Translations under genes and position numbers: made by a program
NCBI GenBank assembly: GCA_036569045.1
Contig: DATCRI010000009.1
Coordinates: 48,464 to 112,463 of the forward strand
Length of the DNA: 64,000 nucleotides
Origin: Chthoniobacterales bacterium
GTDB lineage: Bacteria > Verrucomicrobiota > Verrucomicrobiia > Chthoniobacterales > JAATET01
Direction: 5' to 3'
Shown: positions 1 to 9,470 of the stretch, in pieces
Layout: each line of letters opens with the position of its first letter
Numbering within the stretch: the first letter of the stretch is position 1
The notes under the pieces: model-generated
What the model was told of the DNA's origin: nothing
What the model saw: only the letters and a program-made list of their open reading frames with translations
Databases searched by the model: none

Positions 1-15
1 GCAGGCCGTCGAACG

Positions 16-1335
16 ATGAGATCGCTCTCGTCGTTTTTTCGGGAAGCCGGATGGTCGGTTTCGTCGCGAATCGCCCAGGCGCTCGCCTCGGTGGTCAACA
101 CGGCGCTGCTCGTGCGCTATCTGGGGCCGGAGTCGCTCGGTCTGCTGATCACGGTGTGGTCGACCCTGCTGTGGGGAAACCTCTTCAATCTTGGCGTGAC
201 CGGAGCCCTTGTGAATCGACTCGCGGTGCATGTCGCGGGCCGCGACGAGGGCAGCTATCGGCGGGATTTCGGCTCTGGGGCGGTGCTCATCCTTGCGATT
301 GGGCTGGGATTGGCCGTCGTTCTTGGGATGGCGATCCTGCTTCTGCCGCTGCGCGCCGTCTTTCCGGTTTCCGATCCGAATCTGGTCGCCGCGCTTCCCG
401 GGGTGTTATCGGCGGGAGGGATGGCCTTCGTCTCCCTCTTTCTTTCGAGCTTCTGCTACCCTGAATTCGCCGCCCGCGGTCGGCTGGCGACCTATTTCCG
501 GATCAACACGGCGGCGTCGGTGGTCAATTGCGTCGCGGTGGCCCTTGCGTGCGGCCTGCAGCAGCCCCTCTGGGTTTGTGCAGTCGCGTTACTGGTTTCC
601 GGTAACCTGTGGCTGCTCCTGGGAAGCCTCTGGGCGATCTCGCTCCGGACGATCGGCGAGGCGTTGCGGGCGGTGCGGTGGGGGGCTATTCGTGAGCTGA
701 TCGCAAGTTCGAAGCCATTTTTTCTGATCCAACTCAGCACGATCGTCCTGTTCAGTTGCGACGCGTTCATCATCGCGCACGCGCAGAGCTTCGAGAACGT
801 GACGCTGTATTCCTCGATCAACCGCCTCTTCCTGCTCGGGTTCACGCTGGCCGGCGGCATCATCGCTCCGCTTTATCCCGCGCTGCGCAGCGCGGTCGTG
901 AAGGAGGACTGGACATGGGTGACCGGGGTCGCCCGCCGGATGAGCCTGTCGGCGGTGGGTTTTTTGGGCGTGCTGGTGGCGGTGGGCGTCTGGCCCATCC
1001 CGGAGATCGCGAAGATCTGGCTGAGTCTGCCGGCGGCGGCTCCCTGGTTACTGTGTGTCCTTCTCGGACTAGCCACTGGGATGCGCTTGCTCGCCGACGT
1101 TTTCGGGCAATTGATTCTCGCCGCGGAACGGATGCGGACGGTCACCGTTGTGGCGATCTGCGCGCCGGTCATTTATCTCGGCTTCGCATTGCTGATGGTT
1201 CGGGTGCTGGGGGTGATAGCCCTCCCGATCGCGGCGGTGCTGGCCTTCGGATTCAGTATCGCCGTCGCGGGTTTCAACGTGCAGTCGCTTCTTCAGCTGG
1301 CTCGGGCTCAACGCACGGAATTCAAACGAAAATGA
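16..1335 (+). CDS. Polytopic membrane protein, probable polysaccharide flippase (Wzx/MOP-type)
   Basis: 439 aa ORF with many hydrophobic segments. It is first in a glycosyltransferase cluster and its stop overlaps the next ATG (ATGA at 1332-1335). Assignment is by architecture and context only. Confidence 0.55.
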   Translation: MRSLSSFFREAGWSVSSRIAQALASVVNTALLVRYLGPESLGLLITVWSTLLWGNLFNLGVTGALVNRLAVHVAGRDEGSYRRDFGSGAVLILAIGLGLAVVLGMAILLLPLRAVFPVSDPNLVAALPGVLSAGGMAFVSLFLSSFCYPEFAARGRLATYFRINTAASVVNCVAVALACGLQQPLWVCAVALLVSGNLWLLLGSLWAISLRTIGEALRAVRWGAIRELIASSKPFFLIQLSTIVLFSCDAFIIAHAQSFENVTLYSSINRLFLLGFTLAGGIIAPLYPALRSAVVKEDWTWVTGVARRMSLSAVGFLGVLVAVGVWPIPEIAKIWLSLPAAAPWLLCVLLGLATGMRLLADVFGQLILAAERMRTVTVVAICAPVIYLGFALLMVRVLGVIALPIAAVLAFGFSIAVAGFNVQSLLQLARAQRTEFKRK

Positions 1336-2579
1336 GGATTCTGGTTGTTTGCGAGGCTTTCGGCTACGGCGGGACGGAGCGGGCGGCCTGCACCTGGGCG
1401 ATTGGCTTGGTGCGGCGTGGCCATCACGTGCGTTTCGTGGCTGGCACGGACGGCCCGCGGCGGAACTGGCTTGAGAAATCGGGCGTGGAGTTCGCGGTTG
1501 CGGAGAGTTCCGCGGGCGTGGCCCGGGAAATCGCCGCCTTTTCTCCCGACGTCATTCACGAGCACGTGCCCGGATTTTTACGCCGACAAAATCTGGGGCT
1601 CGACGGGCGGAGGAAGGCGGGTGCCATCCCGCTCGTCCAGACCAATGTTTTCGGGAGGCAGGACGAGATGCTGACGTATCGGGCCAGCGGCATCACCAGC
1701 TATATCTCCATGACTTCAGCCGCCCAGGCTTTCCAGCGGGCCGGGCGGTCAATCCGGCGGGAAGACTTCGACTTTCAGACGGTAGTGCCTTACCCCAGCG
1801 TGCCCGCGCCGGATGTGAGCGCCGTCGAGGCGGCCGAGGCGAGGCGAAGATGGGGCTTGGAATCCGGGGCATTCGTCATCGGTCGATTTGGCCGGCCGGA
1901 CTGGCAAAAGTGGAGCCGGCTTTACGAACCGATTTGCCTGCGAGCGGCCCAGCGGCACCCGGAGGTGCGCTTCCTTTTCCAGGCCGCCCCGGGGGAACTC
2001 CGCGAGCGGCTTGCGAATTCCCCCGCGGCGCGGAATTGCGTTTTCCTGGAACCGACGCAGGATGACCGGGAACTCGCTCGCGCTATCGCCGTGTGCGACG
2101 CCATCCTGCATCTCTCCCGCATCGGCGAAAGTTTTGGCTTCTCCATCGCCGAGGCCATGCAGGCCGCCAAGCCGGTGATCGTGAATTCGAGCCCGGACTT
2201 CGATCAGGCGCAACTGGAGCTGATCCGGCACGGGATCGAGGGGTTTCACGCCAGCAGCGTGGGGGCGGCGTTGGAAGCGATCCGGCATTTTCGCGATGGC
2301 CGGTCGGATCTCGCGACGATGGGAAGAGCGGCTAAAATCCGTATCGCCGCCTTGGCCAATGCCGAAGATTCGACAGATAAATTGGAGCGCGTGCTGGCGG
2401 CGGCGGCGGCGGGCGGGAAAAACCCGTTTGCCGGAGAAGATTTTGAGAGCGTTTTGGAGGCCGCCAAGAATCTGCGGATGGTTTCTCACGGGCATGCCTT
2501 AAATGAGCAGCTCGAATTGCGATATCTAAGCCTGCGAGGACGGGTGCGGAATCGGTGGAATCGGTTAAAGCTTCGTTGA
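1332..2579 (+). CDS. Glycosyltransferase, GT-B fold (family 1/4-like)
   Basis: Internal ATG at 1332 (MRILVVCEAFGYGGTERA...), a typical GT4 N-terminus. C-terminal ESFGFSIAEAMQAAKPVIV matches the E-x7-E region. The upstream part of ORF 756..2579 overlaps the flippase and is rejected. Confidence 0.75.
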   Translation: MRILVVCEAFGYGGTERAACTWAIGLVRRGHHVRFVAGTDGPRRNWLEKSGVEFAVAESSAGVAREIAAFSPDVIHEHVPGFLRRQNLGLDGRRKAGAIPLVQTNVFGRQDEMLTYRASGITSYISMTSAAQAFQRAGRSIRREDFDFQTVVPYPSVPAPDVSAVEAAEARRRWGLESGAFVIGRFGRPDWQKWSRLYEPICLRAAQRHPEVRFLFQAAPGELRERLANSPAARNCVFLEPTQDDRELARAIAVCDAILHLSRIGESFGFSIAEAMQAAKPVIVNSSPDFDQAQLELIRHGIEGFHASSVGAALEAIRHFRDGRSDLATMGRAAKIRIAALANAEDSTDKLERVLAAAAAGGKNPFAGEDFESVLEAAKNLRMVSHGHALNEQLELRYLSLRGRVRNRWNRLKLR

Positions 2580-2586
2580 ATTAGTC

Positions 2587-3960
2587 ATGTATGTTCCGTT
2601 TGCAGAGAATATCGGGATTTTTGCCGTCGTAGGATTGGCTTTTGCCGCGCTTTACCTGTGGTGGTATCGCCGCACGTGGACCCAATTCTACGATCCGTAT
2701 TTCACGAGTATCTTCATCATTGGGTTAAGCACCTGTTTCGTCACTTCGGTTCTCTACGTGTCTCCGGTGGTGCCGTTGACCATCCTGGCGGGGTTGCTCA
2801 CCTTTTTGGCGGGGTTTCGGTATGGGCTTGGCAATCTCAACGGAGTGCTGAAGAGCGCCGCTCCCTTTCGGCCGAGCAAAAACAGTGACTTGGTCCTGGG
2901 GGCGCTTCTCGCATTCGGCGCGATTGCTCTGGCGCTGGACTTTTGGGTAAACGTGCGGCCGGCTCTCGGCACGGGGACGGAGTTGGGGGGGGCTCGCTAC
3001 CTCGCCGGGGCAAACAACCGGTTCCTTTCGATCTTTGGGTATGCCGCTCGTCCGCTGCCTTTGTTTTTTTTCTGGTTGGTGCGATCCAAGTTTTTGAAGG
3101 CGGGGTGCATGGCTATGATTGCTTACGACCCCCTCTTCTCGATCTTGATGGGAGGGAAGTCCGCTATTTTTACGATGCCCCTTAAACTTGGGGCCATTCT
3201 CTATTTCAAATACGCCCTGCTTGGCGCGCACCGGAATTTCGCGCAATCGAAGTGGGAGCGTTTTTTCAAAAAAAATCGAGGTCTTTGCCTGACTGCGTTT
3301 GCGGGAGTCATCTTTTTAACGCTCGTGGTGACGCCCTTCTACATTACGAAGGACTTGTCGTGGGCCGGCTACCAAACGGGTTTCACGACGATCTCGCAAA
3401 GATTTTTACTGGGATTCGATTCGGCCTTGATGGCCATTCAATTCAATATGGCCTTTCCCTCGCCGGGCTTGAACCTGATCGAGTTGTGGTTTGGTGCCCC
3501 CCTCAAAGTGCTGGGGCTTTTTCATGGATATTGGAATGGCATTAACCAGTTTGTGGCGATTCATTTTATGATGTTGTCGGACGACGCGACCATGCAGTTC
3601 CCCAACAACTTTATCGTATTGGAAATCTTCGGGTCCATCGGATGGATCGCCGGTATCCCCTTGTTAGCCATTCTGTCCGTTTCCTTGGGAAAACTGATTC
3701 AGCATGCCGCGAGGAATCGGGCCTCGCTGATCTGGGCCTATTGGTTTGGCTATCTTTCGGTAAACCCTGTCCAGATGCTGATCGACGGTCAAAGTTTCTT
3801 CAATATGATGATGCTCGGACTTGTAATGGCAGTCCCTTTGTATTTCTTTTCCACGAAAGCTACCGGCCGTCGAAGAGTTCGATTTGTCAATTTTCGGAAC
3901 TTCCCTGGAGGGCCGGCAACCTCGGAGGCTTCCCGCCGGTCTCCGTCGCGCTCCCGTTAG
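2587..3960 (+). CDS. Polytopic membrane protein, possible Wzy-type polymerase / O-antigen ligase-like
   Basis: 457 aa with more than 10 hydrophobic helices, inside the EPS cluster. No diagnostic motif recognised. Confidence 0.45.
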   Translation: MYVPFAENIGIFAVVGLAFAALYLWWYRRTWTQFYDPYFTSIFIIGLSTCFVTSVLYVSPVVPLTILAGLLTFLAGFRYGLGNLNGVLKSAAPFRPSKNSDLVLGALLAFGAIALALDFWVNVRPALGTGTELGGARYLAGANNRFLSIFGYAARPLPLFFFWLVRSKFLKAGCMAMIAYDPLFSILMGGKSAIFTMPLKLGAILYFKYALLGAHRNFAQSKWERFFKKNRGLCLTAFAGVIFLTLVVTPFYITKDLSWAGYQTGFTTISQRFLLGFDSALMAIQFNMAFPSPGLNLIELWFGAPLKVLGLFHGYWNGINQFVAIHFMMLSDDATMQFPNNFIVLEIFGSIGWIAGIPLLAILSVSLGKLIQHAARNRASLIWAYWFGYLSVNPVQMLIDGQSFFNMMMLGLVMAVPLYFFSTKATGRRRVRFVNFRNFPGGPATSEASRRSPSRSR

Positions 3961-4045
3961 CAAGGACGCGGTCCGATTTCAAGTGGGGCCCGGATGAACG
4001 GTAGCTCAGAACAGTAGCCGCTTTAATGTCGTTCCCGAAATTCTA

Positions 4046-5128
4046 ATGCGCGTCGCCTTGATTTCTCATGCGATGACGGTCCGCAGCACGTGGTCCAAGT
4101 CCGAAGTTTTGCGGCAAAAGGTGGACCTCTGCACGATCATTCCCCACGACTGGCAGACTTACGGGGTCGATGAGTCGGCGGCAGGCGTTCCGGAAGGGTT
4201 TCGCCGGCTGCCGTGCGTTTTCCCGGGCCGGATTCATTTCCATTTTCACCGGGGCGTCGGCCGGTTTCTCGATGAGTTTCGCCCGGACCTCGTCCATCTG
4301 GATCAGGAGCCGTATAGCATAGTCACGTTCCGGTGGGCAATGGCGTGTCGACGCCGCAGGATCCCCTACCTCGTCTTCACCTGGCAGAACATCTTCAAGC
4401 GCTATCCCGTGCCGTTTCGCTGGATGGAGAAGTGGGTGCTCTCGCACGCCGCCGGTCTCGTCTGCGGAAACTCGGAAAGCGTCGAGGTCTTTCGCCGGAA
4501 AGGCTATCGCGGCCCGATCTGGACGATCCCACAGTTCGGCGTAGAGGAACCGGAGACCTCGTGGCCTCCGCGGGAGAACCGGAAGCTACGCGTGGGATTT
4601 GTGGGCCGGCTGGTCGAAGAGAAGGGCGTGAGCGACCTGATTGCCGCACTGTCTCCCGTTTCGGGTAGCGAATTGGTTCTCATCGGAGATGGTGATGATC
4701 GAGAGGCTCTCCTCTCCCGGGCCAGGGCCTTGCCGGGGAAGGACCGGGTGGACTTTCTGGGGCCGATGCATTCGGAAAAGGTGCGCGAGGCGATCGGGAC
4801 GCTCGACGTCCTCGTCCTGCCATCTCGCACGCGCTCCAACTGGAAAGAGCAGTTTGGCCGGGTGCTCGTGGAGGCAATGGCCGAGGGCGTTGCGGTGATC
4901 GGCTCGAGTTCTGGAGCCATTCCGGAGGTCGTTGGCGAGGCAGGATTGATTTTCGAGGAGGGCAACGTCGAGGCGCTCACCGATGCGATTCAAAAGATGG
5001 CCGACCCCGCGATCCGGGCAAGTTACGGGAGCGCAGGGCGGGCGAGATTTCGCAAACTCTATACGCAGGAGCAGGTCTGCGAACGATATGCCGAGGCTTA
5101 TCGGCAGATTCTTTCTCATGCAGACTGA
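4046..5128 (+). CDS. Glycosyltransferase family 4 (GT-B)
   Basis: GRLVEEKGV...LVLPSRTRSNWKEQFGRVLVEAMAEGVAVIGSSSGAIPEVV is a classic GT4 C-terminal domain. Confidence 0.8.
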   Translation: MRVALISHAMTVRSTWSKSEVLRQKVDLCTIIPHDWQTYGVDESAAGVPEGFRRLPCVFPGRIHFHFHRGVGRFLDEFRPDLVHLDQEPYSIVTFRWAMACRRRRIPYLVFTWQNIFKRYPVPFRWMEKWVLSHAAGLVCGNSESVEVFRRKGYRGPIWTIPQFGVEEPETSWPPRENRKLRVGFVGRLVEEKGVSDLIAALSPVSGSELVLIGDGDDREALLSRARALPGKDRVDFLGPMHSEKVREAIGTLDVLVLPSRTRSNWKEQFGRVLVEAMAEGVAVIGSSSGAIPEVVGEAGLIFEEGNVEALTDAIQKMADPAIRASYGSAGRARFRKLYTQEQVCERYAEAYRQILSHAD

Positions 5129-5957
5129 TGGTTACAGTCATGTCCGGGTGGTGACCCCCACCTTGGGAGAATCGCCATTTCTTGCGCAAACGGTCGACTC
5201 GATTGCGAAGGTGGCTCCAGATTGCCTGCATGTCATGGCGGCTCCTGCATTGAAGGTCGACGAGTTGCAGCGGCGATTTCCGAGGGTTTTGGTCGTCGAG
5301 GACCGGGGACGCGCCGGCGGGATGTATGGGGCCATCAACGCGGGGCTGCGAGCTGCCGGGCGTTCATTCGAGGTCTGGACGTATCTGAACGACGATGACC
5401 TCCTTCGTCCGGGTTTCGCTCAGATCTGCCGCAAAACCGGGCTGCGGGAGGTCCGCTACGGCGATGTGGACCTCATCGACGCGGAGGGCAATCATCTCTC
5501 GTGGATCACCCGATGGAGACGAAAACAGTTGCCGCGAGGGATTCTGGCCGCGAGGCGCTCGCCATTGAACCAGCAAGGCACGGCATTCGGTCGGGATGTC
5601 TTCGTCGAATTGGATGGTTTCGACGAACGGCTCCGTTACGCCAGTGATTTCGATTTCTTTTCCCGGTGCGCACGCGGGAGCATCCCGTTGATCCCGGAAC
5701 CGTTTCATGTGGCGAGTTTTCGGTGCCATGGAGGCCAGCTTTCATTGGAATCCACGCATTTCGATCGGGAAATTGCCGACATCCGACAGCAGTATTTCAG
5801 TGATGTGAAAACATGGGAGGTTCGCGCTGCGACCGCGGCGTTTCTTGCCCAAAACTTCCCAGTCTATGCGGGTCGTTTGTGGGCGAGAACTCCTTTGAGC
5901 GGAAGGGATTCCATGCGTTCCACTGGGAGCGTCGACCGTCGGAATAAACAACCGTGA
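5118..5957 (+). CDS. Glycosyltransferase family 2-like (GT-A)
   Basis: ATG at 5118 (MQTDGYSHVRVVTPTLGES...), overlapping the previous stop. NDDD acidic motif (YLNDDDLL) in GT-A position. Confidence 0.6.
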   Translation: MQTDGYSHVRVVTPTLGESPFLAQTVDSIAKVAPDCLHVMAAPALKVDELQRRFPRVLVVEDRGRAGGMYGAINAGLRAAGRSFEVWTYLNDDDLLRPGFAQICRKTGLREVRYGDVDLIDAEGNHLSWITRWRRKQLPRGILAARRSPLNQQGTAFGRDVFVELDGFDERLRYASDFDFFSRCARGSIPLIPEPFHVASFRCHGGQLSLESTHFDREIADIRQQYFSDVKTWEVRAATAAFLAQNFPVYAGRLWARTPLSGRDSMRSTGSVDRRNKQP

Positions 5958-7162
5958 CCATCGTGCTCGTCAACGATTCGTGCTCGGTGAATGGAGGCAC
6001 GGCGGCGGTGGCCATCGAGGAGGCCGTGGGGCTGTCCAATGCGGGATTCGCGGTGCATTTTTTTGGAGTGACCGGGCCGGTGGACGCACGGCTTGCGACG
6101 GCCGGGGTCCAGGTGCATTGCAGTGACCGCCCCAGCTTTCTCGACGACCCCGATCGGCTCGGGGCGGCGGCGCGAGGATGGTGGAATTTCGAAGAGGCCG
6201 CGCGCTTCCGGCAGCTGCTCCGCGCGCTCGATCCGAAGACCTCGATCGTTCATATCCACGGGTGGATGAAGGCGCTCTCTCCGGCGATCTTTCATACGGC
6301 TTGGACGGCGGGGTTTCGGGTCGTCACGACGCTGCACGACTACTTCTTGAGTTGCCCGAACGGGGCGTTTTTAGAGCATCCAACGCGGCGGATCTGCACA
6401 AGAAAGCCCCTTTCCCGTAGTTGTATTTCCTGCAATTGCGATCCGCGTTCTCGTGGGCAGAAATTCTGGAGGGTGGGGCGCGGATTCGTGCAGGAATACA
6501 TTGCCCGGGCAGCGGAGCGAACTTCCGGCTTTCTCGCGGTCTCGAAATTTTCGCTGGAGAAGCTTCGAGATAAGATTCCCGCCGAATGCCCTGTCGACGT
6601 TGTCCAAAATCCCTTAAATTTGGCACCACCGGAAAAACCCGCCGGCGACCCTGGCGGTCCGTTGCTTTTTGTTGGACGCCTGTCGCCGGAAAAAGGCGCC
6701 ATGATTTTCGCCGAAGCGGTCGCGGAGACAGGGCGATCGGCCGTTATTCTCGGAGACGGCCCCCAGGGGGACAGGTTGAGAGAATCGTATCCGCAGCTGG
6801 ATTTTCGCGGGTGGGTCGATCCGGCGGAGGTGCGCCGATGGATGACGGTGGCATCTGGCCTGGTGTTTCCTTCGATCTGGTATGAGACAAATGGCTTGGT
6901 GGTCGCCGAGGCCATGGCTCACGGCCTGCCGGTTTATGTTTCAGAGGGAACGGCCGCCTGCGAGTTCGTGCGCGATGGGGTCACCGGATTTCGATTTCCC
7001 ATGGGATCGGTTGCCGGTCTCGTGGAAAGGCTGCAGAGCAGTCGGGACATGGCTTTCGAGGTGGGCCGCCGGGCCTTTGACTGGTATTGGGCTGAGCCGT
7101 GGACCACGGAAAGTCACGTCACGAGGATCATTGATTTTTATCGCCGAATTTTGAATGAGTGA
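5954..7162 (+). CDS. Glycosyltransferase family 4 (GT-B)
   Basis: GTG start in a GTGA overlap with the previous stop. GRLSPEKG...FPSIWYETNGLVVAEAMAHGLPVYVS motif. Confidence 0.75.
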   Translation: MTIVLVNDSCSVNGGTAAVAIEEAVGLSNAGFAVHFFGVTGPVDARLATAGVQVHCSDRPSFLDDPDRLGAAARGWWNFEEAARFRQLLRALDPKTSIVHIHGWMKALSPAIFHTAWTAGFRVVTTLHDYFLSCPNGAFLEHPTRRICTRKPLSRSCISCNCDPRSRGQKFWRVGRGFVQEYIARAAERTSGFLAVSKFSLEKLRDKIPAECPVDVVQNPLNLAPPEKPAGDPGGPLLFVGRLSPEKGAMIFAEAVAETGRSAVILGDGPQGDRLRESYPQLDFRGWVDPAEVRRWMTVASGLVFPSIWYETNGLVVAEAMAHGLPVYVSEGTAACEFVRDGVTGFRFPMGSVAGLVERLQSSRDMAFEVGRRAFDWYWAEPWTTESHVTRIIDFYRRILNE

Positions 7163-8282
7163 GCGTTCATCAGTTCATCTTGCCCACCACTGGCTTGTTG
7201 GCATGCGGGGAGGCGAGGCGGTGCTGGAGCAGTTCAGCCTCCTCTGCCCGGAGGCGCCGATTCATACGCTGGTGGCGAACCCCGCGAAGCTTTCCGAGGC
7301 CCTGCAACGGCACCGGATCGAAACTTCGTTTCTTCAGCGCCTGGGAGGAATCCGCCGTTACAAGGAAATGCTGCCGCTCTTTCCGCTGGCGGTTGGGCGG
7401 ATGCGAGTTCCGAAAACCGCGACATTCGTTCTCAGTTCGGACGCGGCGGTGATCAAGGGGCTTCGGATGCCCGAGGGCGTTCCGCACGTGTGCTATTGCC
7501 ACTCGCCGCCTCGGTATCTGTGGGATCAGCAGGAGACTTATGCGAAGCAAACATCCGGGCTGGGAGCCTTTGGGCGTTTCGTTTTTCGGGCCGTGACCCC
7601 CTATGTGCGGCGGTTCGATCAAAATGCGGCCCGGGGGGTCGACCATTTTATTGCAAATTCCGGTTTCGTGGCGGAACGGATTCGACGCTGTTATGGGCGG
7701 GAAGCTGCGGTGATCTATCCTCCAGTGAACGTCGGCGCCTTCGAAGCGGATCGGCCGCGCGGTGATTTTTACCTCATCGTTTCGGAACTCGCTCCCTACA
7801 AGCGGGTCGATCTGGCGGTCGAAGTCTTCACCCGTTTGGGCGAGCCACTGGTGGTGATCGGCGATGGGCCGGAGATGCCCCGGCTACGGGCGATGGCGGG
7901 CCCCACGGTGAACCTGATGGGACGGCAGCCTTCTGCGGTGCTCAAGGAGCATTACGAACGCTGCGCGGCGTTCCTGTATCCTCAGGTCGAGGACTTTGGC
8001 ATAACGGCCGTCGAGGCCCAGGCGGCAGGAGCGCCGGTGATCGCTCTGGCCGCCGGGGGGGCCTTGGAATCCGTGCTCGACGACGAAACGGGAGTCTTCT
8101 TCCCGGAACAAAAGGTGGAGAGTCTCATGCGTGCAATCAAGCATTTCGAAGAACGGAGGGCGCTCCTCACTCCTTCCAATTGTCGTCGCAATGCGGAGCG
8201 GTTTCGTCCCGAGCGTTTTCGCGTCGAAATCCTAGGTTTTTTGAAATTGCACTACCCCTCACACTTCGGTTTTAGGGAGTGA
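7155..8282 (+). CDS. Glycosyltransferase family 4 (GT-B)
   Basis: ELAPYKRVDLAV...PQVEDFGITAVEAQAAGAPVIALAAGGALESV. 8-nt overlap with the upstream gene. Confidence 0.75.
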   Translation: MSERSSVHLAHHWLVGMRGGEAVLEQFSLLCPEAPIHTLVANPAKLSEALQRHRIETSFLQRLGGIRRYKEMLPLFPLAVGRMRVPKTATFVLSSDAAVIKGLRMPEGVPHVCYCHSPPRYLWDQQETYAKQTSGLGAFGRFVFRAVTPYVRRFDQNAARGVDHFIANSGFVAERIRRCYGREAAVIYPPVNVGAFEADRPRGDFYLIVSELAPYKRVDLAVEVFTRLGEPLVVIGDGPEMPRLRAMAGPTVNLMGRQPSAVLKEHYERCAAFLYPQVEDFGITAVEAQAAGAPVIALAAGGALESVLDDETGVFFPEQKVESLMRAIKHFEERRALLTPSNCRRNAERFRPERFRVEILGFLKLHYPSHFGFRE

Positions 8283-8316
8283 GCGAGGAATGGATTTTGG
8301 GGTTCACTAACTTGAA

Positions 8317-9333
8317 ATGGGCGAAGCAGGGCGCAAAAGTTTCAACCAAGTGTTGTCCGGAATCGGCATTTTTCTTGTCGTCTTAGGGCACAGCTCGGGA
8401 GTCCTGCCGGAGAAAGCCGCAATCATAGCCTCGGGAAATCCTTGGTATTTCGGATTCTTGCAGATTCTGGCGTGGATTTACACCTTTCACATGCCGCTTT
8501 TTTTTATGCTTTCGGGCATGAACTACGCAGAGTTCACTCTGCCCAAAACTCCTTCATACGTTCAGTTGCTCCGCTCGAAGGCATGTCGCCTTTTATTTCC
8601 CTATTTGACAATTTCCACGTTGGCCTACCCGGTCAAAGCCGTTTTGTCCCGTTTGGCGTTGAGGCCCATCGACTTGTCATTTGGTAGCTATTTCACGCAG
8701 ATTTTTTACCCATGGGAGAATTCAATCGTTTTCTTCTGGTTCCTCCCAACTCTATTCCTGTGTTTCGCCGTGGCACCGCTATTGACCCATGCCCGGTCGG
8801 TGGGAGGGCGTGTTACTCTAGTTTGCGGATTGCTCGCCGCTTCGTTTTTATTTCCCCACCATCCCGTGAAAGAGGAATGGCTGGCATTGGGGAATCTGGG
8901 CGGCGTTCTCCATAATTTGATCTATTTCTACTTGGGCATCGAGTTGGTTCGACTAGGGCTCACTTCGGTCAGCCGGTCGATCTGGACTCTCGCAATTCTG
9001 ACGGGTTTCTATGTCCTGCAGGGCTATTTACACTCGATCGAAATCGCGACCTTCATCTTCACCCTGATCGGAATTTCGGGATGTTTGGTATGCGGTCACT
9101 TTCTGAGCGGCAGCAATTTGCTTTCTAGTTTGGGACGCTATTCTTATCAGATATATTTATTTAGTTGGTTTTTCCAGATTCCTGCGCGAATCGTTTTCGG
9201 GCAAATTTGGTGCCCATCCATCTGGCTCGCCGTGACGGCAAGTCTCGGGGCCGGAATCCTCGGGCCTATCGTGCTCACGCGCTTCCTCGAAAAGGTTGCT
9301 CCGAAGTGGCTTTCGACACTCTATGGAACTTAA
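8317..9333 (+). CDS. Membrane acyltransferase (acyltransferase family 3-like, sugar O-acetyltransferase)
   Basis: 338 aa, about 10 TM segments. N-terminal GIGIFLVVLGHS... with His in the typical position; EPS context. Confidence 0.6.
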   Translation: MGEAGRKSFNQVLSGIGIFLVVLGHSSGVLPEKAAIIASGNPWYFGFLQILAWIYTFHMPLFFMLSGMNYAEFTLPKTPSYVQLLRSKACRLLFPYLTISTLAYPVKAVLSRLALRPIDLSFGSYFTQIFYPWENSIVFFWFLPTLFLCFAVAPLLTHARSVGGRVTLVCGLLAASFLFPHHPVKEEWLALGNLGGVLHNLIYFYLGIELVRLGLTSVSRSIWTLAILTGFYVLQGYLHSIEIATFIFTLIGISGCLVCGHFLSGSNLLSSLGRYSYQIYLFSWFFQIPARIVFGQIWCPSIWLAVTASLGAGILGPIVLTRFLEKVAPKWLSTLYGT

Positions 9334-9470
9334 CAGGAAGGGCTGTGAAAATTATGATTTCGCGATGCCGAATGTTATATTGATTTTGGGGTGTGGACGA
9401 ACTGTGAGATACGAGTCCAACACCGTTATGTCGGTATTTTCCGAGGGATGCAAATTAGTCAAATTTTGAC

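Noticed and set aside
756-1331. N-terminal 192 codons of ORF 756..2579
   Set aside because: This part overlaps the flippase-like gene in another frame. The glycosyltransferase begins with a typical MRILVV... N-terminus at the ATGA junction (1332).
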